DNA of 64,000 bases from Vulcanimicrobiota bacterium. Lineage in GTDB: Bacteria > Vulcanimicrobiota > Vulcanimicrobiia > Vulcanimicrobiales > Vulcanimicrobiaceae. The stretch is from the NCBI GenBank assembly GCA_963795855.1, contig CAWCIZ010000003.1, positions 320,001 through 384,000 on the forward strand, given 5' to 3'. Numbering within the stretch: the first letter of the stretch is position 1; each line of letters begins with the position of its first letter. Shown here piece by piece: positions 54,205 to 64,000 of this stretch. The notes beneath the pieces are model-generated. The model searched no databases. It saw only the letters and a list, made by a program, of their open reading frames with translations, and had not been told where the DNA came from. Made by a program: the position numbers and the translations under genes.

Positions 54205-57200
54205 GCAGGCAGATGCGCGAGTCTGCGTACGCACGACGTCGAGCGCCGCATCCAGCACCGGATACGGCTTGCGCTGCAGCGCATCGACGAACGCCGTCTC
54301 GTCCGCGCCCGCCAATTCGTCGAACGCGGCGATGGCCAGTCCGCGGTAGTGGCGCACGCCGTCACCTTCCGTCGGCATGAACCGCGCAAGCACCGCCCAC
54401 GGCAGCGCCGTTGCGAGCGGCGCACCGCTCAAGCGGCCTCGCAGTTCGGCCATCTCGCCGACGGAAACGCCTCCGTGCAAGATCAGCGAGCCGGACAAGT
54501 CCGCCGGCTGTGCGACCGGGTTTGCGCATTGCAACAGCGCTTCCAACGCATTGCGCGCCGCCGCAGATTCCAGGTCGCGCGGCGCGATGACGTACGTCGG
54601 CATGCGCAGCTTGATGAACACGCGGTCGAGCGTTTCGCGCAAAGTCTCGCGCACGTCCCGAAGGCGCGCATCGTCGCGTACTGCCATCGCATCCGGGAAA
54701 AACGCGCGAATCGCAAAGAGGTGCGAAACCAATCCGGTGAAGCGCGCTTCACCCAGGAATCGCAGCACGCGCGCGAGCCGATCGCGGTCAAATGCCACGA
54801 CGCATCGAACGCACTCGCTTTCGGCGACGGCGGCGCTCGCGAGGACCGCGGTAGCTTCATGTCCGTGTGCGTCGCCGTTTACGCTCGGCGCAAGCGAAAG
54901 CATCGAGCTGCCCGCGATCTCGCGCGAAACCGGCGTCGCCGGCGGAAGTTCCACGAACCCGTCTCCCGGCAGCGCGCGCTGCTGCGTGCCGCCGAACGAC
55001 GGCCCGAGCATTCCGTCCAGGCCGAACGGCAACCCCGAAATCGTATTCGCAAACGCGGGCGCGCACCGAACCTTCAGTTCCGGTGCGGTGATTTCATCGG
55101 TTCGATCGCCGTCGTACGCGACGAACGCCCGGCGCAGCAGCGCTTCACCCGAGCCAAGGCCGTTATGCACCACTTCGCGCCAGCGAATCGTCGCTTCGAT
55201 GCCCGGATCGACGTCGCTCAGCGCGATTCCGCGATCGCTCATGAGCGGAGAAAGGGCGCCGACGTCACGAACCGGCAAATCGTTCACCGCCGTGCTGTTC
55301 GGCACGTAAATGAGCGAATCGAGCGCAGGAACGGTGATGCGCACGCGGCGCGCGGGGCCGTCGCCGCTGTTGCGCACGTGCAGAACGAATTCGATGTCCG
55401 CGCCTGCGTCGACGAGTTCATCCGGTTCGCTTCGCAGCGTGCCGATCGCGAAGTTCGGCTCCGCCGTCGTGACGATCGTGAGCGGCGCGAGCTGCACCGG
55501 CAGCATGGCGTCGGCGCTCAGAACGGATTCGATCGAAACGGGGTGCGCTTTCGCTAGACTTCGCAAGAGGCGCACGCCCAGACGCGCTTCGGCACTCGCG
55601 CCCGGTGCGATTTCGCCGAAGAGCAGCGCGGAACGCTCGCGCGTCGCGCCTTCGACGCTTTCCAAGCGCGCCTCGGGCGAGACGTACAAGCGCAAACAGA
55701 CGTTTTGCGCGACGTCCGTGCCCTCGTTTCGCACGCGCACGAAAACGTCCACGAGTTGATTCGGACGAAAGACGTCGTCCTGCACCAGCGTAAGCGCGGA
55801 ACTATGCCCCGAAAAGGCGGGATGCGATTCAACGCGCCAGGTCACATCCTCGAGCACCGTCTCGCCGAGTTCGCGCGTGTGCAGGCTCGCGCCGAGCCGC
55901 AGTTCGCTGCGGTCGGCATAAGGCGTGCGAACGCGCGCCCGAACGGTAATTTTTCGCGAGCCGTACGCCTCGATCGTGCCGAGATCGATGCTTTCGTTCT
56001 CGATGTCGAGCCGCGCGTTTTTGTCGAATGCGCGCAGGTCGTCCAACGCCGGGTCCGCATGCAGGTGCAGCACGGCATCGGTCGCGGCGGCGCTGCCGTC
56101 GTTGACGATCGTTATCGCCGCTTCGCATTCGTCCGAAGGCTGCACGCACATGCTGCCTTCCCGCGTCACGCGATTGCGGCGCGCTGCGAAGTGCGGCGTG
56201 GAACGGACAGCGAGGTGCGCTTCGAACTCGCGCCGGGACCCGCCCCAGTGCAGCACCGGCGAAACCGCGCAGCACCGTCATGTCCGCGAGGGGCGACGCG
56301 ACGATCGCTTCCGCGGCGAATTCGACGCTTTGCCGAGCAGGCACGGCGCCTAGTTCGAATGCGGCGCTTTCTTTCTTCCGTTCGCGCACCGGCTTTCCGT
56401 CGACGCGCACGGATCCGCGCACGTGCACGAGCCCTTCCGGCAGCGCGTACGACACGCCGACGTTCTCCGCGGCCGTCGTTCCGCCGTTGTACGCCTGCAG
56501 CCGAAGCAGCACGCGCGCACCCGGCGACGCTTCTCCCGGTTCGATTGAAAAACCGGTCCGATCGTTCTCGAAATCCGCTTCCGCGCGAACGCACAGCGTT
56601 GACCGGTTCGAGATCGAACGCGGCGGTCTCTTGAGAAGCGATCTGCGCGCGGACTGCGAGGTTCGTGCCGTCCGGCAGCGGATCGTCGATGCGAACGCGG
56701 TATTGCAGCGTCACCGTTGCGCTCGCGGGCAGCGTGTGCGCGATGACGGGCGCGTGAACGTGATCGAACGGAGCGAGCAGATCGCGCTCGAGTTCGCGGC
56801 CGTTTACGCGCGCAGAATTCGGAACGTACGCGGTATGCTCGGGCACCGGAGCGACCACGACGACGTCGTGCGCGCTCGACTCACCCGCGTTGTGCACGCG
56901 CACCGTCACGGTTGCCTCGCCGCCCGGGCGCGGCTCGTGCTGACGCGACTCGATCGCCGCGGCGGTGAGCGCGTTGTCGAGCGTAGGACGGCTGCGGGCA
57001 ACCAGGCGCACGATATTCGAGCCGACCGGTGCGAGCTCGAATGCGGCAACCGCCGCCTGCAGCTCCACCATCGAACCGTTTTCGATGGCGCCGGCGACGC
57101 TGTAGGCAACCTCGATGCGACGCTCTTCGCCGGGCGCGACGTCGCCGATGTCCGCACCGGCACGAGCGAGCAGCGGCGAGTTGCCGTGTTCGTCGTCCAG

Positions 57201-57428
57201 CTCGGTGCCGTCCAGTTGACCGCTTCCGACGAGATAAACCAAGCCGTCGGGTAAGTTGAATCGTACGCGCACGCCCGTTGCACTCGCTCCGCCTTGGTTG
57301 CGGAACGTGAAGGATGCGCGCACAGTCATTCCAGGTTCCAACTCGCGCTCAGGCGAAACGACGAGGGTTCGAAGCCCCTCGGTTATGGTCGGAGCTCCCG
57401 GCGTGAAAACGTCCGTCAGGGTGCGCAT
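54201..57428 (-). CDS. Large DUF11/Ig-like repeat protein, ~1,075 aa (module 1; frameshifts ~56595, ~56265, ~54220)
   Basis: Six repeats such as FRNQGGASATGVRVRFNLPDGLVYLVGS and VRNSGDGPARRV...YVPNS. Confidence 0.75.
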
Positions 57429-57504
57429 GACTTTCGGACCAAATTCGCCGCGGTACAAGCGGCACCTTGACAAACGTCTGACATCACGAAAGGTTTACGT
57501 CAAC

Positions 57505-58695
57505 ATGCTCGCAACCAAGGCCGATCGCATCGCCGACGCCGTGTCGCGGCTCGGATCGGAAAGCGCGTTCGAAGTCCTGGCTCGCGCGAAAGCGCTCGAA
57601 GCAGAGGGCAGGCGCGTCGTGCACATGGAGATCGGCGAGCCGGATTTCGACACGCCGGCGCATATCAAGGAAGCGGGCATCCAAGCGATCCGCGACAATT
57701 ACACGCATTACTCGCCGTCTGCCGGCATCATTCAGTTGCGTGACGTGATTGCCGACTATGCGGCCAAGTTCCGCCACGTCGAACCGTTCAGCCCGGAAAA
57801 CATCGTCGTGTCTCCCGGCGCGAAGCCCGTGATTTGGAACATCCTCAGCGCGATTTTGAGCCCGGGCGATGAGTTCGTGTATTTCGATCCGGCGTATCCG
57901 GCGTATGCGTCCTGCGCGAATTACCTCGGCGCGAAAGCCGTCGGCATTCCGCTGCACGAGGAAAAGAACTGGCGCATGGACCTGGACGAGCTGGAACGGC
58001 GCGTCTCGGACGATACGCGCGCGATTATGATCAACTCGCCGCACAACCCGACCGGCGGCGTGCTGACCAAGAGCGATCTCGAACGCATCGCTCAACTGGC
58101 GAAAAAACATGACTTTCTCGTGATAGCCGACGAGATCTACAGCCGCAACTTCTACGAGAACGAGTTTTCCTCGATCGTCGCGATAGCGGGCATGCGGGAG
58201 CGCACGATCGTCGTCGACGGTTTCTCAAAAGCATATGCGATGACGGGATGGCGCCTCGGATATGCAATCATGCCCTCGCAGCTCGCCAAAATCGTGACGC
58301 TCTTCAACAACAATACGTTTTCATGCGTGACGACGTTCGTGCAGCAGGCGGGCATCGCCGCGCTGCTCGGTCCCGACGAGCCCGTGCGAGAGATGAACGA
58401 AATCTTTCGCCGGCGGCGCGATCGCTTAGTCGACGGTCTGAACGCCATCTCCGGCATGTCGTGCACCATGCCGGAAGGCGCCTTCTACGCGTTTCCCAAC
58501 GTGAAAAGCATCACGACCGACGACAAGGCGCTTGCGGCGTATCTTCTACAGGAAGGCGGCGTAGCGTGTCTGGGCGGTTCCGCGTTCGGCGCTGCGGGCA
58601 AGGGCTATCTGCGTTTCTCCTATGCCGCGTCGCTCGAAGACATCGACTACGCGCTCGCGCAGATGAGACGGTGCGTGCCGCAATTCAAGCGGTAA
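57505..58695 (+). CDS. PLP-dependent class I aminotransferase (aspartate aminotransferase-like)
   Basis: IGEPDFDTP, NSPHNPTG, DEIY, GFSKAYAMTGWRLG. Confidence 0.93.
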   Translation: MLATKADRIADAVSRLGSESAFEVLARAKALEAEGRRVVHMEIGEPDFDTPAHIKEAGIQAIRDNYTHYSPSAGIIQLRDVIADYAAKFRHVEPFSPENIVVSPGAKPVIWNILSAILSPGDEFVYFDPAYPAYASCANYLGAKAVGIPLHEEKNWRMDLDELERRVSDDTRAIMINSPHNPTGGVLTKSDLERIAQLAKKHDFLVIADEIYSRNFYENEFSSIVAIAGMRERTIVVDGFSKAYAMTGWRLGYAIMPSQLAKIVTLFNNNTFSCVTTFVQQAGIAALLGPDEPVREMNEIFRRRRDRLVDGLNAISGMSCTMPEGAFYAFPNVKSITTDDKALAAYLLQEGGVACLGGSAFGAAGKGYLRFSYAASLEDIDYALAQMRRCVPQFKR

Positions 58696-58755
58696 GCGCG
58701 CCAAAAAACCTAAGTCAATCGTTTAACCTCGTTCGCAAGTAGGAACGAATTCCGC

Positions 58756-61700
58756 ATGCGAGACAGCCGCGCACCTTGGCCCGTTCTGCGGCAGCTCGAA
58801 CGCGATCCGCTCGCGCTCGGCGCTGCCGCGCAATCCGACGCAAACCGCGAATGGCGAGCGCGCATAGAAGACGCGAAGCCGGTGAAGTCCGTCTGCCCGT
58901 ACTGCGCCGTAGGATGCGGTCAGTTGCTGTACGTCAAAGACGAGAAAATCGTTCAGATCGAGGGCGATCCGGATAGCCCCATTTCGCGCGGACGTCTCTG
59001 TCCGAAAGGCGCCGCCACGCGCTCGATGGTGCAGAGCCCTTCACGCGAATACAAAGTCAAATACCGCCGCCCGTACGGGACGCAGTGGGAAGAACTCTCG
59101 CTCGACCAGGCGATGGAGATGATCGTCGACCGCGTGCTCAAGACGCGGCGCGAAACGTGGGTCAGCGCGGACGAGGAGGGCCACGATCTCAACCGTTGCG
59201 AGGGGATCGGCAGCCTCGGCGGCGCGACGCTCGACAACGAAGAGAACTACGTCATGAAGAAGCTCTACACTGCGCTGGGCATCGTGCAGGTAGAGAACCA
59301 AGCCCGAATATGACATAGCTCGACGGTTCCCAGTTTGGGAACCTCGTTCGGCCGCGGCGGCGCCACAGACTTTCTGCAAGACATGCAGAATTCCGACTGC
59401 ATCGTCATCATGGGCTCCAACATGGCCGAGAATCACCCGGTTGGTTTCCAGTGGGCGATGGAGGCGCGGGAACGCGGCGCGCAACTCATTCACGTCGATC
59501 CGCGCTTCACCCGTACCAGCGCGATGTCGACGCTGCACGTCCCGATTCGTCCCGGAACGGACATCGCGTTTCTCGGCGGCATCATCAACTACATCATCGA
59601 AAACGACCGCGCGTTCAAAGACTACGTCGTCAACTACACCAACGCGCCGGTCATCCTCAAGGACGACTTCAAGGACACGGAAGATCTCGACGGCCTCTTT
59701 TCCGGATGGGACGAGGAGAAGCGCGGGTACGTCTTCGAGAGCTGGCAGTACAAAGGCATGGATCTGCACGGCGCGGCGGGCCAGCGCGAGGGTGAAGAAT
59801 CGCTCGCGAAATTGGGCAGCTTCCCGCAGAAAGAAGATGCGCTGCGCCACGGCGAGCCGCCGCACATGGACAAGACGCTGCAGCATCCGCGCTGCATCTA
59901 TCAGATCATCAAGCGTCACTATTCGCGCTACACGCCGCGAGACTGTCGCAAAAATTTGCGGCATCCGCCCGGAGCAGCTCGTAGACGTAGCGGAAGCGCT
60001 CTGCGCGAACAGCGGCCGCGACCGCACGGGCTGCTTCGCATATGCCGTTGCATGGACGCAGCACACCTACGGCGTGCAAATGATTCGCGCGGCCGCAATC
60101 GTGCAGTTGCTGCTCGGCAACATCGGGCGGCCCGGCGGGGGAATTTTCGCACTGCGCGGACACGCGTCGATCCAAGGTTCGACGGATATTCCCACGCTCT
60201 TCAACATTCTGCCGGGCTACATCGTCATGCCGCACGCGAAAGCGCACCACGATCTCAAACACTACATCGAATCGGAGGGCGCGAAGACCGGCTACTGGGG
60301 CAACCTCGACAAGTACATGGTGAGTTTGCTCAAGGCGTGGTACGGCGAGCATGCCACGGAAGAAAACGAGTACTGCTTCAAATTGCTCCCGCGCATCAGC
60401 GGCGACCATTCGGCGTACCGCACGGCGATGGGTATGGTCGACGGCAAGGTGAAAGGCTATTTCATCTGCGGCGAAAATCCCGCGGTCGGAAACGCGAATG
60501 CCGGTCTGCACCGCCGCGGCTTAGCGAATTTGGAATGGCTCGTCGTGCGCGATTTCAGCGAGATCGAAAGCGCGTCGTTCTGGTACGACTCGCCGGAGAT
60601 CGAATCCGGCGAGATGAGCACCGATCAGATCAAAACCGAAGTATTTTGGATGCCGGCCGCGGCGCACACCGAAAAGGACGGGTCGTTCACCAACACGCAG
60701 CGGCTGCTGCAATGGCATCACAAAGCCGTCGAGCCGCAGGGAGACGCGCGGTCGGAGCTGTGGTTCTTCTATCACTTGGGCAAACGCATAAAGCAGAAGA
60801 TCGAGGAACAGGACGAGCCCTGGTCCGATGCAATCCGGCTGCTCACATGGGATTATCCCACAAAAGGTGAGATTGAAGAGCCCGACGCGCACATGGTGCT
60901 GCGCGAGGTGAACGGGTGGGATGCCGAAGGGAAATCGCTCTCTTCATACGCCGAACTCAAAGCCGACGGCAGCACCGTCTGCGGATGCTGGATTTACTGC
61001 GGCTGCTACAAAGACGAGCAGAACCAAACCGCGCGCCGCAAACCGCACTCGATGCAGACGTGGGTCGCGCCCGAGTGGGGCTGGTCGTGGCCGGCGAACC
61101 GGCGCATCTTGTACAACCGCGCGTCGGCCGATCTCGACGGCAACCCGTGGAGTATGCGTAAAGCGCTCGTGTGGTGGGACGCGCAGAAGAGTCAGTGGAC
61201 CGGCTACGACGTGCCGGATTTCGAGAAAACGAAACGGCCGGATTATACGCCGCCTAACGGCGCGCAGCGCGAAGAAGCGATCGCGGGCTGGCACCCGTTC
61301 ATCATGCAGGACGACGGACTGGGATGGATGTTCGTTCCGAACGGCATCGTCGACGGGCCGCTTCCAACGTATTTCGAGCCGCACGAATCGCCGGTTCAAA
61401 ACGCGTTGTACGGAACGCAAGCCAATCCGGCGCGGCAAGTCTTTCCGCGGCCGTTCAACCAGTACAATCCCTCGCCGAGCGAAAAACACGCGGGACTCTT
61501 CCCGTTCGTACTCTACACCTACCGGTTAACGGAGCATCACACGGCGGGCGGCATGACGCGCACAGTTCCGCATCTTTCCGAGCTCCAGCCGGAATTGTTC
61601 TGCGAGGTCAGCCCGGAACTGGCCGAGCTGCGCGGATTGCGCCACGGCGACTGGGCGACGATCTACAACGTGCGCGCCGTCATCGAAGCGCGGGTGATGA

Positions 61701-61963
61701 TCACGAAACGCGTTCAGCCGATGCGCATGAACGGCACGGTGCTGCATTCGGTCGGCCTGCCGTATCATTGGGGATCCCGCGGCATCGTCACCGGCGACAC
61801 CGTGAACGACTTGCTGCACATTGCGCTGGATCCAAACGTGCATATTCAAGAAACGAAAGGCTTGACGTGCGACGTCCGCGCCGGCCGGCGCCCGCGCGGC
61901 AAAGCTCGTCAACGCTTCCTGGACGACGTGCGCGCGGGCGCGCATCTGGAGAAGCCCGTATGA
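58756..61963 (+). CDS. Formate dehydrogenase alpha subunit, selenocysteine-containing (UGA 59311-59313; frameshift ~59940)
   Basis: CPYCAVGC...LCPKG; ENQARI-UGA-HSSTV; WTQH, LRGH, EKDGSFTN, YRLTEHH. Confidence 0.93.
59321..59346 (+). promoter_or_regulatory. Bacterial SECIS element
   Basis: GGTTCCCA-GTT-TGGGAACC hairpin starting 12 nt after the in-frame UGA. Confidence 0.8.
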
Positions 61964-62823
61964 CGACGTTCATCGATCTCACGCGCCTTCCGGCGCTCAC
62001 TTCGGCGGATTCGGAAGCGGCGACGTACGGTGCCGGCAAGCAGGACCGAATGGGCTTCTTCACCGACACGACGCTCTGCATCGGGTGCAAAGCGTGCGAA
62101 GTCGCGTGCAAGGAATGGAATCAGCTGCCGCAGGACGGCTACGAATTCACCGGTATGTCGTACGACAACACCGGCGAACTCAACGGCTACACCTGGCGGC
62201 ACGTCGCGTTCGTCGAGCAGTTCGATCGCACCGACGGCAAACCGCATCCGGAGCGCAAAGGGCGCTGGCTAATGGAATCGGACGTGTGCAAACATTGCAC
62301 GCACGCCGGATGTCTGGACGTCTGTCCCACGGGCGCGATAATTCGCACGGAATTCGGCACGGTCGTCATTCAAGACGACGTCTGCAACGGCTGCGGATAT
62401 TGCGTCGTGGCGTGCCCGTTCGGCGTGATCAGCGAACAAACCCAGGAAGGGACGATGGGAAAATGCACGCTCTGCTACGATCGCTTGAAAGCGGGAGACG
62501 AACCGGCGTGCGCCAAGGCATGTCCCACGCAATCGATTCAATTCGGTCCGGTTGACGAACTGCGCGAGCGCGCGGAACGCCGCTTGAGTCAAGTACAGAA
62601 CCGCTTCGAGGGCGCGCAACTGTACCTTACCAACGACGGCGACGGCATCGGCGGCGGCGGGTCGACGTGGCTGCTGCTCGACAAACCGGAAGTCTACGGA
62701 TTACCGCCGGACCCGGTCGTTCCCACGAAATATCTGCCGGAGATGTGGAAAGCGGCGGGGGTGGCGATGTCCGTGCTCGCCGGAGGAATCATTTTCGCAA
62801 GCATCGCGGGCAGCCGCCGATGA
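61960..62823 (+). CDS. Formate dehydrogenase iron-sulfur (beta) subunit
   Basis: CIGCKACEVAC, CKHC..AGCLDVCP, CNGCGYCVVACP, KCTLC; C-terminal TM; ATGA overlap. Confidence 0.93.
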   Translation: MTTFIDLTRLPALTSADSEAATYGAGKQDRMGFFTDTTLCIGCKACEVACKEWNQLPQDGYEFTGMSYDNTGELNGYTWRHVAFVEQFDRTDGKPHPERKGRWLMESDVCKHCTHAGCLDVCPTGAIIRTEFGTVVIQDDVCNGCGYCVVACPFGVISEQTQEGTMGKCTLCYDRLKAGDEPACAKACPTQSIQFGPVDELRERAERRLSQVQNRFEGAQLYLTNDGDGIGGGGSTWLLLDKPEVYGLPPDPVVPTKYLPEMWKAAGVAMSVLAGGIIFASIAGSRR

Positions 62824-63743
62824 TGATGCAAAACGCGCAGACGCTGCACGAGGAAAACGCGGGCTATTACGGCCGGCCCATGATCAAGCCGCCGGAGTGG
62901 ACCGACCTGATCCCGACGTATTTTTTCGTCGGAGGCTTGTCGGGTGCGGCGGCTCTGCTCGGCTTTACGGAACGCATCGCACGCAACGATCGGCTCGCGC
63001 GCACGATGATTTTCACCGCTGCAGCAGGCAGCGCCATCAGCGGTTTCTGCCTGATAGCCGATCTCAAGCGCCCGGAGCGTTTCGCCAACATGCTGCGCGT
63101 GTTCAAGCCTACGTCGCCGATGAGCATGGGCGTGTACCTGTTCAGTGCGTTCGGCGGCGCCGCCACGATCGCCGCGGCCAGCGAACTGACGGGGATCCTG
63201 CGGCCGATCGGGCGGATCTTCGAAGGAATCGCCGCGCTGCTCGGCCCCGGAATGTCGGTCTACACCGCCGTGCTGATCGGCGACACCGTGGTGCCGGCTT
63301 GGCATTACGGAAGGCTGTCGATGCCGGCGGTCTTCGCGGCCACGTCGGCCGCAACGGCGGGCGCAGCCGGAATGCTGTTCGCGCCCGCGCGCGCGGCTCG
63401 CCCGGCGCGCCGTTTGGCGCTCCTCGGCGGCATCGCCATGCCGATCGCGCTCGAGCAGCTGCACGTCGAACTCGGGCCGCGTCAAATGGAAGCATTCGAA
63501 CACGGTGAAGCGCGAACGTTCTCAAAAGCGGCGCGTTGGTTGAATCTCGCCGGATTGACGGCGGCTCTGTTCGCCAAGAACAGCGACGTCGCCGGCAAGG
63601 TCGCCGGCACGCTGCTGCTGGCGGCCGGCGCCGCAGAACGTTTCGGCATCTTCCGAGCGGGATGCGTCTCCGCAAAAGATCCGAGCTACACGATCGACGC
63701 GCAGCGTCGCCGCATGCGCGAAGAGGTTACAGCAGGCGCATAG
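62820..63743 (+). CDS. NrfD/PsrC-family membrane anchor
   Basis: YFFVGGL, DLKRPERF, SPMSMG, YTAVL...VPAW. Confidence 0.88.
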   Translation: MMMQNAQTLHEENAGYYGRPMIKPPEWTDLIPTYFFVGGLSGAAALLGFTERIARNDRLARTMIFTAAAGSAISGFCLIADLKRPERFANMLRVFKPTSPMSMGVYLFSAFGGAATIAAASELTGILRPIGRIFEGIAALLGPGMSVYTAVLIGDTVVPAWHYGRLSMPAVFAATSAATAGAAGMLFAPARAARPARRLALLGGIAMPIALEQLHVELGPRQMEAFEHGEARTFSKAARWLNLAGLTAALFAKNSDVAGKVAGTLLLAAGAAERFGIFRAGCVSAKDPSYTIDAQRRRMREEVTAGA

Positions 63744-64000
63744 CGCGCTTGACGTCGACGATCGTCTCCATCGCTATCGCCCGCGCGCGCTGCGTGCCTT
63801 CGTCGATGATGCGCTCGACCTGTGCGACGTCGGAGGCGTACATCGCGCGTCTCTCGCGAATCGGCCGCAGATAGGCGTTGAGTGCCTCGGCCAAATCCGA
63901 CTTATCCTGAACGCAGCCGAGCGCTCCGGAACGGCATTCGCGATCGACGAGCGGCACGTGCGCGGACTTGACGAGCGGCCAGAGATGAAAAATCGGACAA
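63727..64000 (-). CDS. trpS: Tryptophan-tRNA ligase, 3' end
   Basis: CPIFHL...CRSGALGCVQDK..LA...LRPIRERR...GTQRAR...VKRAM. Confidence 0.85.
   Translation of the reverse strand, partial: CPIFHLWPLVKSAHVPLVDRECRSGALGCVQDKSDLAEALNAYLRPIRERRAMYASDVAQVERIIDEGTQRARAIAMETIVDVKRAMRLL

Noticed and set aside
53797..56256. DUF11 protein fused to the TM-HEAT protein
   Set aside because: Removing one base gives QLAHLPA* with an ATGA overlap, matching the two-gene layout of the paralogous module
59311..59313. UGA as a nonsense mutation splitting FDH
   Set aside because: It is at the conserved Sec/Cys position and has a SECIS-like hairpin downstream
15009..61963. Many frameshifted genes as pseudogenes or programmed frameshifts
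   Set aside because: They affect essential genes (aspS, hisS, smc, fabF) throughout, with intact motifs and no consistent slippery sites; best explained by long-read consensus errors
108..63957. Numerous long antisense or alternate-frame Arg/Ala-rich ORFs in the track
   Set aside because: Shadow ORFs expected in high-GC DNA; they overlap well-supported genes and have no recognisable motifs

Overview
High-GC bacterial chromosomal window of mostly core genes. It holds: the F0F1 ATP synthase operon (atpZ/I-B-E-F'-F-H-A); wecB/wecA-like, dCMP deaminase, upp, a flippase, glyA and rpiB; a probable 6S RNA; an epimerase/DUF1611/peptide-binding/C39 cluster; trmL, UDG and aspS; an LPS-core/ADP-heptose cluster; accB, hisS, purH, smc, rnc, fabF, rpmA, obg, nadD, maf and mreCD-mrdA; an aminotransferase; a selenocysteine formate dehydrogenase operon; and the 3' end of trpS. 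Firmicutes-like gene order together with LPS genes suggests a diderm Terrabacteria lineage such as Eremiobacterota (inference only). Many essential genes carry single-base frameshifts, most likely uncorrected long-read errors, so several apparent fusions are treated as artefacts. Two things stand out. (1) A family of GC-rich ~105-130 bp structured repeats forms three tandem arrays plus one degenerate copy inside operons, each ending GCGCC + 7 AT-rich nt + start codon. (2) A duplicated two-gene module pairs a ~1,100 aa six-repeat DUF11/Ig-like protein lacking a signal peptide with a small membrane-anchored HEAT-like protein. Coordinates of frameshifted genes are approximate.
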